Source of the DNA: Eukaryota sp. TZLM1-RC
Taxonomy: Eukaryota; Protista; Metamonada: BaSk clade
Assembly (NCBI GenBank): GCA_040285825.1
Contig: JAUPSS010000003.1
Span: 2,418,001 to 2,482,000 of the forward strand
Length of the DNA: 64,000 nt
Reading direction: 5' to 3'
Shown here: piece by piece, positions 33,253-43,910 of the stretch
Numbering within the stretch: the stretch's first letter is position 1
How the letters are laid out: each line of letters begins with the position of its first letter
Made by a program: the position numbers and the translations under genes
The notes under the pieces: generated by a model
What the model was told of the DNA's origin: nothing
The model's database searches: none
The model's input: the letters and a program-made list of their open reading frames with translations, nothing else

Positions 33253-36200
33253 TTACTTTCTATAAACAATCAAGTAAATAAATGAAAAAATAAGCCCAAA
33301 AGCTGTAGGTATCACATTCAAAAAACTTCGTAGAAAGAACAGAATAAGAAATGTAACTGTTTGAAATGCTGAATATATTATAAATGGAGTTGATGTGAGT
33401 GGCAAAAGGATCAAAATAGCAAATGTTGAAAATAACTCCTCCAAATGTCTTTGTTGGTTCATTATGAGTATTGATACAAATACCAGCAAGGGAATCAGCA
33501 TGATGACTTCAATGTCAAAGATGCCTCTGTTCAGTTTACTGATCAGACCAGTAAAGCCAGAGATTAAACATGTATTTGCAAAAAATGATCTTCTAAAGTC
33601 TGCATTATGATATAGACTGAGTTTCCACTTCAATAAATGAAAAACCGCAATGATCAATAAACAAAACAAAAGAAAGCCAATATAGTGGCCAAACAAGGAT
33701 GCTGCAAAAGACAACGGTAGGGTTACCAAAACTATATTTCCATTGAATAGAATGGATAAAATCATAACAATTCTGAAGGGACAGGTTAAGGGAATGAGAT
33801 ATCTTATTCTTTTTGCAAGATAATCCGGATGTATTGAACTCATAGACCGATTTAATTTGGATCTGATTTTCGCCTTTCTTTTAGTTGCTTGGTTTACCAG
33901 AAGTTGACTAACTGACAGCAGTGAAATCACAAAAACTAATGATACCAACGACAAAAGAACATATCCAAAGTCGTTTCCAACGCAAACATAACCAAATAGA
34001 ATTGTACCAGGGAGACACTCAGAACAGTATGGCCCTTGAGTGTTGAACCTACATTCATTGTTTTTACATGAATATCGAAAAGGACAGGAAACTGATCCGA
34101 ATTCTGGAGTAAACCTAAACCCATTTGAGAAAGATAGAAAGTTTCCAAAAGAACATGTTCCATATTTGGGACATTCAATACATGCATCACCACTATCAAA
34201 GCGTGATTCTTCACAAACACATAAGCTAGAATTGGTCGCTCCAGGTCGCCGTGTAACTCTGCCAATAGGACAATTAATACAATCATCTGATAATGGGATA
34301 CTACGAAAAGAATTCAAAGGGCATTCTTGACAAGCACCAAAAGATGAAAGATAGGTTCCTAATTTACAATAACAAGCATAATTAAAATGAGCTCTTGTTG
34401 AGTCACAATTGAATAATTGGACTTCAAAAGAAGTGGAGACGTTGTGAAAGTGGAATAAAATTTCAAAAACATATAAAGGTGGTCCAACAACTTCCAAAGA
34501 TTCCCCATTCAAAACAGAGAAGATGATGTCTTCAGGAACTGAAACATCCACTTGGGAGAGAGAAATAGAATTATGTTCTATAGAAAATAAATTCCTAGTT
34601 ACAAGAATTAAATCAAAATGAATCATTTTGCATGTGGCGTAAAAGACATTGTCACGATCACATTTGAGCTCTCTCAATGAATTAATCACAAATTCCTGAT
34701 GATACTCAAAGTACAATGTAAACTCAAAACAAACAGAATCGACAATATTCAAGCATATGGAGTGATCACCAGATTCAACTTTGGAATGAAACAACATGTT
34801 GGTGTCATACAAGGTAAAATTATTATGAGAAAAACTACTTTCAGTAATTAAATTAGATTGATCAAAAACATTAGGGAAGCAACTTACTCGTAGAAAATTC
34901 GAATCTGTACATTCAAACCTCAAGATGAATGTATCAGATGGGGAAATGGAAATATTTCTATCAATCAAGGAGATGTTCTGTGCAGATGAAGGTTCAATTG
35001 TCTTAGAAAAAAATGAGTCCGGGTAATAACAATCATCTGATACAAATTGATAACTTAAAACGACAGAATCAGTAAGGATACCTGCAGAAAGATAATTTTG
35101 AATAAAAAACTGAGCGAAATAATTCAATGACGCAAACTCAAATTCTTGAAATCTGAATTTTCCATCTATTTCAACTTCACTTTCCAGGACAGTTACTCCA
35201 ACGAAATCATTAATTGGTTTCAAACATTTTGTGACTTTGTAACCATAAACTTCAATCTCATAAATTTGAACAGATTCGAATGCGAGAAACACAAGTTCGC
35301 CAACATTTACCAAATTTACCTCAGCGGAACACACAACGGCATCTTCGAAACCATTCAAAAAGGATTGACACATCCAAGATCCTGCAGAGACGTTTGCGAT
35401 AGAGATTGGAGAAAAATTCATCAACGCTGCACAAGACGAATTTGTTGAAACACGAAGCAAATGTATAACGTGATTCTCCTTCAAACTAACTCTAAGTACC
35501 CCGCCCTGACCAAGCTCTGTGAAACACTGTTGAGTAGCAGTTGAGCAACATCTAACTGTGTCAAATAGCGCAGGAGATTGTCCACTTGATAAAGAAATGT
35601 CTACCAACTTTAATAAAGAAACATGTTCTTCAACAAAGCACATCTCCCCAAAGACAGGTTCAACAGGAACATTCACTGTTCCAAGTATCGTGTCATGCAA
35701 CTTTATGGAGAGGAGTGTAAATGGGGAATATTTCGTAATATGAACATCATTGCAAATAATAAAATCTGCTCCAATTATTGAATCAAAAACAAAATCTTCT
35801 ACTGTACAAACGCTATTGCTTGGCAATATTGTGTCAGTGAAGACAATAACATTGTGTGGTTCCAAAATTGAAACTGTTGAGTCTCGTATTTCGAACGTTA
35901 TGTCAAAGATTGCTATCGATGAGACGAAAATTTCACCAAAAACTGGAAATTTGCAGTAGAGATAAACTATATGAATTGGTTCCTCCACTTCATTGACTTC
36001 AAGGACAACATCAACTTTCATGAAACAACGATCATCACGATCTTCTATGATGGTGAAATTCTGAGTAATAGAAAATCCATCCACACCAAGTTGAAAAGAA
36101 GTTTTAGTGCAAGAGAGTTCAAAGTCAATCAAGAGAGTGGTCCTGACCTGCTCCGTAATAACGAAATTAGTTTTGGAAGTAACAACAATTGCGGGATTAT

Positions 36201-39200
36201 CCACTACAGGAACTTCTAGTCGCTTAACAAGCTCCGAATGGGAATGTGTAAGTTTTAATTCAAAAACACACGTTTCGATTGAAACACCAACGGCACTTAT
36301 ATTTAAAAAACGTCCATGTAGATTGCAATAAACATGACAATCTGAAAGAGAGTGCAATGATGCATTGAAAATGTTACCATCAGTTTCCAAGTCAATTGAA
36401 AACTCAAATGGAACATTCAAACCAACAAAATTTGGAACATAATCAGAAGTTATTGGACGTGCAATAATATGGGAATATAGGGTCATGGCAGGTACGTTCG
36501 AGCCAACAAAAACTGAAGTGAAACCCGGATCAATCAAGACTAATTGGCTGCCCAAATACAGGGGTAACGAGAAAAAATTCAATCCAGAGTGCACTTTCAA
36601 CTGAGAATTTTGGAAAAAAACTGGAGGCGCGGTCAGAAAATCATCACAAGAAACATGGAAATGGTTCTCACATTTCCCAAATGAGCATATAGTAAATGGA
36701 AAGATGCCTTTGTGATCGAAGATGACTTCAAATGACAGGGAAGTATCTGACATTGTGTCAGGTAGGAGATCAATGGAATGATTGTTGAAACATAATGTCC
36801 GTTTCCAATCATTTTGGTGAAAATTGGCGAAATTTTGGCCCTCAAGAGTCAAAACGGCTTGAGTCTTCCCGAATCTCCACTGAACCAAAAGTGGAGTTAA
36901 ATGATCAACATTGACAATATCTGGCAAACCAGCCGGAGATGAGCAAATATGAACACTGCATAGCTGTAAGTCATAAATCGCTGCTTGATTTTCTACCTCG
37001 AAAAAAATCTCAATACATTTATCATTAGAATACAAGTAATTTAAGATGTGTAAAAAAGAACTTCCCATGGGAACATAGCGTGAGATCTCCATGTGTTCAA
37101 ACTCAACACAAACAGACAAAGTACAAGTCATCTTTGTAAAGCAAATGTCTTGGAGTGGTGAAACAATGAAATCTATGACTGGAACAGAAATGTGACCAAC
37201 AAATTCTTCAGACAGCTGAACAAGCAATTTCAAAGTATAGATTCCAGACAAATCAAAAGAAAGAATGAAAATATTGGGGTCTTCCACATACCAATCTAGA
37301 TCTACATTACTTGCTATTGTCACTGCATTGCATTTTGATAAAATTGACAGGGGAATGGAAGTATTCAGAGATAATTCCATGTTTGATACACTTGGATTGA
37401 TCTCCATAGGTTTGGTTGAATACTCTGGGAAAAGAATAGGTATAGTAAATGAATTTGAGTTCATATGCCCATTGGATACTGAGACCTGAAGCCCAGTGAA
37501 AGAAATATTACACAAATTGTAAATTTCCACTTCAATCATTGAATAATTCATTTGAACTATATTAAGAGAAACTTCTAAATCAAAATTGAGATTCAAAAAC
37601 TCAATTCTTGGGAAAATATTTCGACCAAAAATAAATATCGTGTCTTGAAATTGATAGACACTAGGAACTGTCTGCTCGATGAAAGGACTGCATATCAGGA
37701 GAAACTTCGATTCAAGAAAATTGACTCCTGGAGCACTGAATTGAAGAGATAGGAGACTGCTTGATTGGTCTAAGGGATAGATATCCCGTAAAACCAAAAT
37801 AAATTGGTTTTCCGCTAGAATGAATTCATAATCCAATGAATGAGCGACCTGAATGTCCACAAAGTAGTCAATTAATTCTGCATTGAAAAAATCAAATTTG
37901 ATAGAATATTCATCTACATCAATACAATCCTCGCTGATGTCGTTAACATGTTCCTTGAGCCAATACATATTCAGATACTGGGCCGGACCATCCACACTAC
38001 TTAATGAATCCAACTGAAGAGATCCAAATAGAACCGGAAGGGATGTATTGAGCGCTAAATTGGACTGAACAAGGTATAAGGAGGTTATTGTTAGTGGTGT
38101 AAGCAAATGAGAAAACGTAATATTGGAATATTCAAAAAATAATTGTGATATCGATATTGTGGAAAAATTGGAAAAATTAATAAATGAATTGAAAACTCTA
38201 ATGTCTCCTGTTATATATATTTCTGGCGATGACTCGGCAGAACCTGAAAAAGTGAAATTTGAATTAATGAAATCCACATCAAAATGAGCTTCATTATAAT
38301 CGCCTTCAAACAAGTAAATAGTGCCGACGTTCCCCATCCGTTCATAGATTTTGCTAAAGGAGGAACAAGGCATTGCGTAAGTCCCACAGCAATCTTCATT
38401 AGTGCCCAATGGAGATAGATAAGAGACCTGGCCTAAATAAGGAAGAACTTGGTGAAGTGTTTCAACCTCCAGATAAGCTGAAGTGATTTCAATATCAAAA
38501 AAGGAAGAACATATGACGTCAAACAATATTCCTGAATGTGAAGAAAAAGAATTGTATAAAAATGGTTGAATTTTAAAATTTGGTGGTAAAAATAGATCAG
38601 AATAATCGATTGAGATGAAACCATTTGCTGTAACATCACCATTAACGACTAATTTTACAGTTTCACTTCTCCTACTAACTAGGCTTAATTCAGAAGAATC
38701 AGTGAGTAATAGATCACCAGTGATTTGCAGCACTTGGCTTTTCGGTTGAAGTAATCCTCTAATTTGTAAATCAGATGAGATCTTTCCGAATCCAGTAAGT
38801 TTAGCATTTGCCTCAACAACTACCTCATTATCCGAACTTAAAAGACCACCAATGAGGTCTAACAAACTTTGGACAACAACCTGAGCTGTTCCTGTTGATG
38901 TAATTATTCCGGAATTTAAGATGTGACTTTTCAAAAGCAATAAACCAGAATTTGACTCAAATTCACCATCAGAACTAATCACAACGTCGGCCTCCAATTC
39001 AACATCATTATCATAATTATTACGCATGACGCCATCGACCAGAATGGACGAGTTACCAGTCTTGTAAACTGCTGGAGGCCTTGGTGATCGCATGAAGAAA
39101 TGGTAATCCCCTGTATCAATTGTTGCAACTCTCTCCTGGCTTAGTTCTGGATCCAAGGTAACTGAACTTGAACCAACATCCCAGCTATAAACTTGGTTAT

Positions 39201-40593
39201 TCATGTCAATAACAAATGCTTGATAGCGACCTCCTGCGATGAATCTTATATTGACAAGATCAGAAATGTGACCAGGGGTTTCTTTGGGAGTACTGGAAGA
39301 TCTCCCAAGTACATTTCCGCAGCTATAAACATCACCTTGTTGGGTGAGAAACACGGAGTAATCTTGACCACAACTTGCTTGAATGACAGTAAAAGATTCG
39401 TAATTAAAGATTGGCTCAACTGAACCACGTTGAGATGGCTCCAAGTACCCTGAGCAAAGCTTTCCCTCCTTGTTGTCTCCTACGGATAAAAGACCTCCCT
39501 GTTGAGTGATGAAGAGGGCATGATACTGACACCCAATCGCACGCAGGACTGGTTCATCAATGGGAACTAAAACTGGACTGAGATTGGAACCTTCCCCTCC
39601 ATCTCCCTGCTGACAGAACTGGTTTGATCCCCAAACTTGTACCGATCCATTACCAAGTGTAGCCAAGCCAGCATCTCCCCCTGCACTGATGTCGACAACA
39701 TCGTAAAGTTCTGAAATGCGTTTCGGGAAAGATTGAGGATATTCATCTCCGTGACCAAGCCTTCCTGCAGCCCCTAATCCCCATGAGTAAACAGTCCCAT
39801 TTCGTGTTCTAGCAAGACTGTATTCCCAGTTAGCAGCCACCTGAACAACGTCAGACAAATCAACAAGTGTAGGTGAAAAAGAATCATCATCTACAACACG
39901 CCCAAGCTGACCATGCTCATTGCTTCCCCACGAGTACAACCTACCATCGCAAGTAACGCCAAGTGAATGGTGACTACCTCCAGTTATGTGACAAAAAGCA
40001 TGGCTAGAGTCCAAAAGTTCAGGTGAATGTGATGAATCTTCCCTCCCTATACCAGTTCGACCATCAGAACCAACACCCCATGCCTTGATGTCACCTGAAG
40101 GAGAAGAACCCTCTTGAATAATAAGTTCAGAGCCAGAAACAAGTTGCAATGAAGAGGAAGTCAGATGTATAACAGTCGATAATCTGCACATTTGCAAAAC
40201 AGAGATGTTGGTGCATAGATGAGTAGATCCATCTACATTTAGATTGGAGAAAGAAACACTGCTTTGTTCAGTATTTGACTCAATAATGACATTATCCAGA
40301 GTTACTGTACCAGAAAGTTGTACATCTTTATGAAAGACAATTTCAAAGCGTATAGTAACATTGGAAGCATAGATAGAGTAAAACTGTGGAATGACATCAA
40401 CCACGATGACCGGACTTCGTTCTCTACCCATCAAAAAGAGACAAGATAAAGGAGTTGGAGGAGATGTCCATGAACTGTTCTGAGACCAAAAAAAGACCTG
40501 CTTGTCATATAAAGGTGGAGTGAGATAGATGTTTTCGCATGAAGCAAGACATAAAAAAGCCAAGAACAAGGATAGTAATGGCAGATTGATCAT
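33253..40593 (-). CDS. Giant intronless surface protein (2446 aa): signal peptide, RCC1-like beta-propeller, beta-helix-like region, Ig/IPT-like repeats, Cys-rich repeats, multi-pass TM C-terminus
   Basis: MINLPLLSLFLAFLCLASC; repeats such as GRLYSWGSNEHGQLG, GTVYSWGLGAAGRLG, GSVQVWGSNQFCQQG; YLSPLG..DCCG...PC; C..CP...F.....C..CP; several C-terminal hydrophobic helices. Confidence 0.88.
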   Translation of the reverse strand: MINLPLLSLFLAFLCLASCENIYLTPPLYDKQVFFWSQNSSWTSPPTPLSCLFLMGRERSPVIVVDVIPQFYSIYASNVTIRFEIVFHKDVQLSGTVTLDNVIIESNTEQSSVSFSNLNVDGSTHLCTNISVLQMCRLSTVIHLTSSSLQLVSGSELIIQEGSSPSGDIKAWGVGSDGRTGIGREDSSHSPELLDSSHAFCHITGGSHHSLGVTCDGRLYSWGSNEHGQLGRVVDDDSFSPTLVDLSDVVQVAANWEYSLARTRNGTVYSWGLGAAGRLGHGDEYPQSFPKRISELYDVVDISAGGDAGLATLGNGSVQVWGSNQFCQQGDGGEGSNLSPVLVPIDEPVLRAIGCQYHALFITQQGGLLSVGDNKEGKLCSGYLEPSQRGSVEPIFNYESFTVIQASCGQDYSVFLTQQGDVYSCGNVLGRSSSTPKETPGHISDLVNIRFIAGGRYQAFVIDMNNQVYSWDVGSSSVTLDPELSQERVATIDTGDYHFFMRSPRPPAVYKTGNSSILVDGVMRNNYDNDVELEADVVISSDGEFESNSGLLLLKSHILNSGIITSTGTAQVVVQSLLDLIGGLLSSDNEVVVEANAKLTGFGKISSDLQIRGLLQPKSQVLQITGDLLLTDSSELSLVSRRSETVKLVVNGDVTANGFISIDYSDLFLPPNFKIQPFLYNSFSSHSGILFDVICSSFFDIEITSAYLEVETLHQVLPYLGQVSYLSPLGTNEDCCGTYAMPCSSFSKIYERMGNVGTIYLFEGDYNEAHFDVDFINSNFTFSGSAESSPEIYITGDIRVFNSFINFSNFSTISISQLFFEYSNITFSHLLTPLTITSLYLVQSNLALNTSLPVLFGSLQLDSLSSVDGPAQYLNMYWLKEHVNDISEDCIDVDEYSIKFDFFNAELIDYFVDIQVAHSLDYEFILAENQFILVLRDIYPLDQSSSLLSLQFSAPGVNFLESKFLLICSPFIEQTVPSVYQFQDTIFIFGRNIFPRIEFLNLNFDLEVSLNIVQMNYSMIEVEIYNLCNISFTGLQVSVSNGHMNSNSFTIPILFPEYSTKPMEINPSVSNMELSLNTSIPLSILSKCNAVTIASNVDLDWYVEDPNIFILSFDLSGIYTLKLLVQLSEEFVGHISVPVIDFIVSPLQDICFTKMTCTLSVCVEFEHMEISRYVPMGSSFLHILNYLYSNDKCIEIFFEVENQAAIYDLQLCSVHICSSPAGLPDIVNVDHLTPLLVQWRFGKTQAVLTLEGQNFANFHQNDWKRTLCFNNHSIDLLPDTMSDTSLSFEVIFDHKGIFPFTICSFGKCENHFHVSCDDFLTAPPVFFQNSQLKVHSGLNFFSLPLYLGSQLVLIDPGFTSVFVGSNVPAMTLYSHIIARPITSDYVPNFVGLNVPFEFSIDLETDGNIFNASLHSLSDCHVYCNLHGRFLNISAVGVSIETCVFELKLTHSHSELVKRLEVPVVDNPAIVVTSKTNFVITEQVRTTLLIDFELSCTKTSFQLGVDGFSITQNFTIIEDRDDRCFMKVDVVLEVNEVEEPIHIVYLYCKFPVFGEIFVSSIAIFDITFEIRDSTVSILEPHNVIVFTDTILPSNSVCTVEDFVFDSIIGADFIICNDVHITKYSPFTLLSIKLHDTILGTVNVPVEPVFGEMCFVEEHVSLLKLVDISLSSGQSPALFDTVRCCSTATQQCFTELGQGGVLRVSLKENHVIHLLRVSTNSSCAALMNFSPISIANVSAGSWMCQSFLNGFEDAVVCSAEVNLVNVGELVFLAFESVQIYEIEVYGYKVTKCLKPINDFVGVTVLESEVEIDGKFRFQEFEFASLNYFAQFFIQNYLSAGILTDSVVLSYQFVSDDCYYPDSFFSKTIEPSSAQNISLIDRNISISPSDTFILRFECTDSNFLRVSCFPNVFDQSNLITESSFSHNNFTLYDTNMLFHSKVESGDHSICLNIVDSVCFEFTLYFEYHQEFVINSLRELKCDRDNVFYATCKMIHFDLILVTRNLFSIEHNSISLSQVDVSVPEDIIFSVLNGESLEVVGPPLYVFEILFHFHNVSTSFEVQLFNCDSTRAHFNYACYCKLGTYLSSFGACQECPLNSFRSIPLSDDCINCPIGRVTRRPGATNSSLCVCEESRFDSGDACIECPKYGTCSFGNFLSFSNGFRFTPEFGSVSCPFRYSCKNNECRFNTQGPYCSECLPGTILFGYVCVGNDFGYVLLSLVSLVFVISLLSVSQLLVNQATKRKAKIRSKLNRSMSSIHPDYLAKRIRYLIPLTCPFRIVMILSILFNGNIVLVTLPLSFAASLFGHYIGFLLFCLLIIAVFHLLKWKLSLYHNADFRRSFFANTCLISGFTGLISKLNRGIFDIEVIMLIPLLVFVSILIMNQQRHLEELFSTFAILILLPLTSTPFIIYSAFQTVTFLILFFLRSFLNVIPTAFGLIFSFIYLIVYRK

Positions 40594-40811
40594 CTCAATC
40601 ACATTGAAATCATTATTATTGTGATTGCTGGAATCTATTTGAGAGGTTTCTTTTTCAACAGGAGCACAACCAACTTCCTCTCACACTTTCCCATCTAATT
40701 CACAGACCTTCAACCTTCTGAAAGATGTCTGACATACCCCAGACATCTTTTTGTCGTTTACAGCGCTGTTGCTGCTTGCTGTTTGGTGTGCCTGTGACGC
40801 ACAACAATTAT

Positions 40812-40990
40812 TGTAGCCGTTAGGCATTATGCTAGCTGTGTATATATATGGGTTAGTTAAGGCGGGTTAAGATAAAGATAATTTTATTTAATGTTATTTT
40901 ATATACTTAGGTACTCACTAGTGAGATACCTACAAATACTCTCATTCTCTCGTATTTTAGGGATCACACAGGTCACTATGCTCGGCTAAG
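40812..40990 (+). repeat. Possible degenerate solo LTR
   Basis: TGTAGCCG...CGGCTA(AG) inverted ends; TATA-like run, internal palindrome and a CTCATTCTCT motif shared with the 95-bp LTR; no TSD. Confidence 0.3.
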
Positions 40991-42044
40991 GGAACTTTAT
41001 CCATCGCAGATTCTTTACCAAATACACAATCAACAAGTTCCTGTGAAATGAACTCAATTACAACTTTCTCTCAAGGAACAATGAATATGTGTTTCTTAAT
41101 TTGCTTTATTTACATGTTTTCATTGTCTTTTCTTTCAAAAGCAAAAAAACAACAGTGAAGATTTCACAAAGAGATTGAAAAAGATAATAGATGTAGACAA
41201 GTTTGTATCAAGTGTTTGATTTGCAAAGGGAAGACTATCAGTTCAAGTAGGAAATTTTGTGACACATTTTAAAGATTAAATCGTTTGTTTTGTGTTTTAT
41301 TAATTGTTTTGTTTGATTTTGAAAAATAGATAATTTTAAATAAGAAATACTTGATGTCTTTCTATAAAGCACCGGAATTCAATTAGCCATAATGATTGAA
41401 TTGCCGCATTTTTTCCATCGAATCAAACAGTTAGTATTACGTGCGTGATATGTGAATAGAAATCAGATTGAATAAAAGCCCATTTCATAAGGGCAATTTA
41501 TAGTCGAAGATCTCCAGTCTTTGTTCATCGTGGAACCTTGTTTGAAGAGTTTATTGTTGTTTCTGATATCAACATAATAGAGATGAAATGATCACTGATT
41601 TCCTTTTCGGCATAAAAAATCAATTGAAAGAATTTCAATTAGTTAGATTCACACAGTTTCAGACTTCAAAAACTATGTGATTATGGAAAAAAGGTTGTAA
41701 CAAAGCTCATTGTTAATTCAATAAAATAATAAATTTCTGTTTGGTTTATCCTAAGCAGTTTCCAATACTTGAAAAAAATTTCTAACAGCTGTTAAACAGG
41801 TTTAATTTCGTTTACTGTTCAGCAGTTATGACCAGCTCAGCGTAAAAGTCATTATAAATTTAAGTTTTATTTCCATTCATTAATCACTAGAACATTCAAC
41901 AATGTTAAATCGCAACATCTCTCCCAAAAACAAGCATTTGGTTCAAAAATACAGCAGAAAATTCAAGAATATATTCATAATAAAGTTTATTTACTAAATT
42001 ACCATTACATCAACAAAACAAAAATCAATCCCAATTATTAACCA

Positions 42045-43910
42045 CTAATAATCTACAATTGAGTATTCACTACCCTTATGATAAGCCCATATACCAAATA
42101 CAGTTCCAGAAGGAATTGGTTTGGTATCACTCCTTCCATTTAAACTAAAAGTAGCTTCATTGTTTTCAATATTGACGTAAAGAATGTCTCCTTGGTTCAT
42201 TTTAGGGAGGGAGAAGTAACCACCACTACCAACCCAACCATCAGTAACATACATAGCACCACTAACGGACTTACCCTTCCTAATATTATCCATTGTCCAA
42301 AACCCAATAAGTTCAGTATCATTCACCTTCCTCCTTTGAATTGCAATTTTGAACTTTTTAGGATTGAAATCTATTGCTGCAAAATTACAATGCTTCCAAC
42401 CATTACAACAATTATTTAAAACCCTTCTATTACCTTCTGAGAACACCATCCCAGAACCACTTTGATTTGTATTAAACCTGACTTTAGGTTCCCTACCCAA
42501 TAAATTTTGACATAGTTGATTAATAATGTCAAATGAACAATTATTAACAATAACCCCTTCCAACCATTCTTCCTTGTTCTTATTAATTGAATTAGAAAGA
42601 TTTAGGTTTAATAATAAATCACCTGAAATTGTAAAAACTTCTGGAATTGAACCAAATTCATAATGATCAATAGCCTTGCCTAATAACCAAGAATTTGAAT
42701 ATTTAATTGCAGAGTTAATTAGAGTTTTGAATTGATTACTATTCAAGGTGCTGAATCGGATTTTCGAAAGTAATGATTGGAATTCATTATCAGAAAATAA
42801 ATTGGGTTGGAGGTTTAAAAGTTGAGCAAAATCATTTGAACTAATGGAGGTAGAATTATTAACAAAATTATTCACCAATTTCTTTTTTAAATCTTGGTCA
42901 ATATTCAAAGGAAGAGTTTCACTTAATTGTTCAATTGAAGGAAGGTATTCTGGGTCGATTTGAACAGTAAAAAGCACTTCTTGAGCTCTTTTCGAAATAT
43001 TCAGCTTAGTGACATCAACTAAATCTTTTCCAAGTAATTCTGATAAAAGATTAATTTGATAAGAATTCAAACTAGTTTCAACATCTTGGAAACAATCATT
43101 TAAAATTCTTTTAAATTCTTGAAGTGAATTAATAGCGTTGGAAATCTGTTTTTCGGCTTGGACTTGGGCATTTCTATCAAACTTGATTGATTCCACTACA
43201 GAAGAACAAGAATCAATCTGTTGAATTTTGGACTGAGACTGCTGAATCAAATCACCAATCAAATCATGAATGAATGATTGAGTTCCTTCAATGGTTTCCT
43301 TTACCACATTTGAGACATTATCTCCAGCTTCAACCAAAGGCAAGGTAGTTGTAGCTAGTGACTCTTGTAACTGATTTGATTGCTGGGAAAGTATCTCCTT
43401 TGCTTTTGCAAATGGTACAAGGCATTCTGGATGGAGAGAATGTCCATCTACCAAACCACAAGAATCACAAAGAGCGACCTTGCATTTGGTGCAGTAATGG
43501 TCAAGCTGCTTACCCTTATGATGAGGGCATTTAGGGAGTGAGACAGAGGATCTTTGGGAGAGGGGCACGATGGTGTGGGACTGAAACAGTTTGAGAGTAT
43601 GTGCTTGATCCGAGCAGTTCTTGCAAAAGGAGAGCTCACAATCAGAGCAAAAGAGGGTGGCAGGAGCTTCACCGCAGCCTTTACAGGGTTCGGAGGGAGG
43701 AGAGTGTTGAAAGAAGCCTTCAATGATATCACGTATGGTTATGTTTATTCGGTGACACATTGGAGGTATCTCTTCACGGCATTGAGGACAGGTAGAGTTG
43801 TTCTTCTTCCAGGGTAAGAGACATCGATCGCGACAGTAGCTGTGCCCACAAGGGAGACTGGTTGGCTGATCCATGACTTGGAGACAAATTCCACATTCCA
43901 GATGAGACAT
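42045..43910 (-). CDS. TRIM/RBCC-like protein (621 aa): RING, two B-boxes, coiled coil, C-terminal SPRY-like beta domain
   Basis: CGIC...LPCGHSYCRDRC...CPQCR; CKGC...FCSDC..SFC..C..H; CPHH...HYC..C..ALC..C...H..H; heptad region; beta-rich C-terminus beginning SGMVFSEGNRRV. Confidence 0.85.
   Translation of the reverse strand: MSHLECGICLQVMDQPTSLPCGHSYCRDRCLLPWKKNNSTCPQCREEIPPMCHRINITIRDIIEGFFQHSPPSEPCKGCGEAPATLFCSDCELSFCKNCSDQAHTLKLFQSHTIVPLSQRSSVSLPKCPHHKGKQLDHYCTKCKVALCDSCGLVDGHSLHPECLVPFAKAKEILSQQSNQLQESLATTTLPLVEAGDNVSNVVKETIEGTQSFIHDLIGDLIQQSQSKIQQIDSCSSVVESIKFDRNAQVQAEKQISNAINSLQEFKRILNDCFQDVETSLNSYQINLLSELLGKDLVDVTKLNISKRAQEVLFTVQIDPEYLPSIEQLSETLPLNIDQDLKKKLVNNFVNNSTSISSNDFAQLLNLQPNLFSDNEFQSLLSKIRFSTLNSNQFKTLINSAIKYSNSWLLGKAIDHYEFGSIPEVFTISGDLLLNLNLSNSINKNKEEWLEGVIVNNCSFDIINQLCQNLLGREPKVRFNTNQSGSGMVFSEGNRRVLNNCCNGWKHCNFAAIDFNPKKFKIAIQRRKVNDTELIGFWTMDNIRKGKSVSGAMYVTDGWVGSGGYFSLPKMNQGDILYVNIENNEATFSLNGRSDTKPIPSGTVFGIWAYHKGSEYSIVDY

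Noticed and set aside
33395-39758. Numerous short ORFs antisense or out of frame within the giant gene
   Set aside because: Shadow ORFs of a long coding sequence with no independent features
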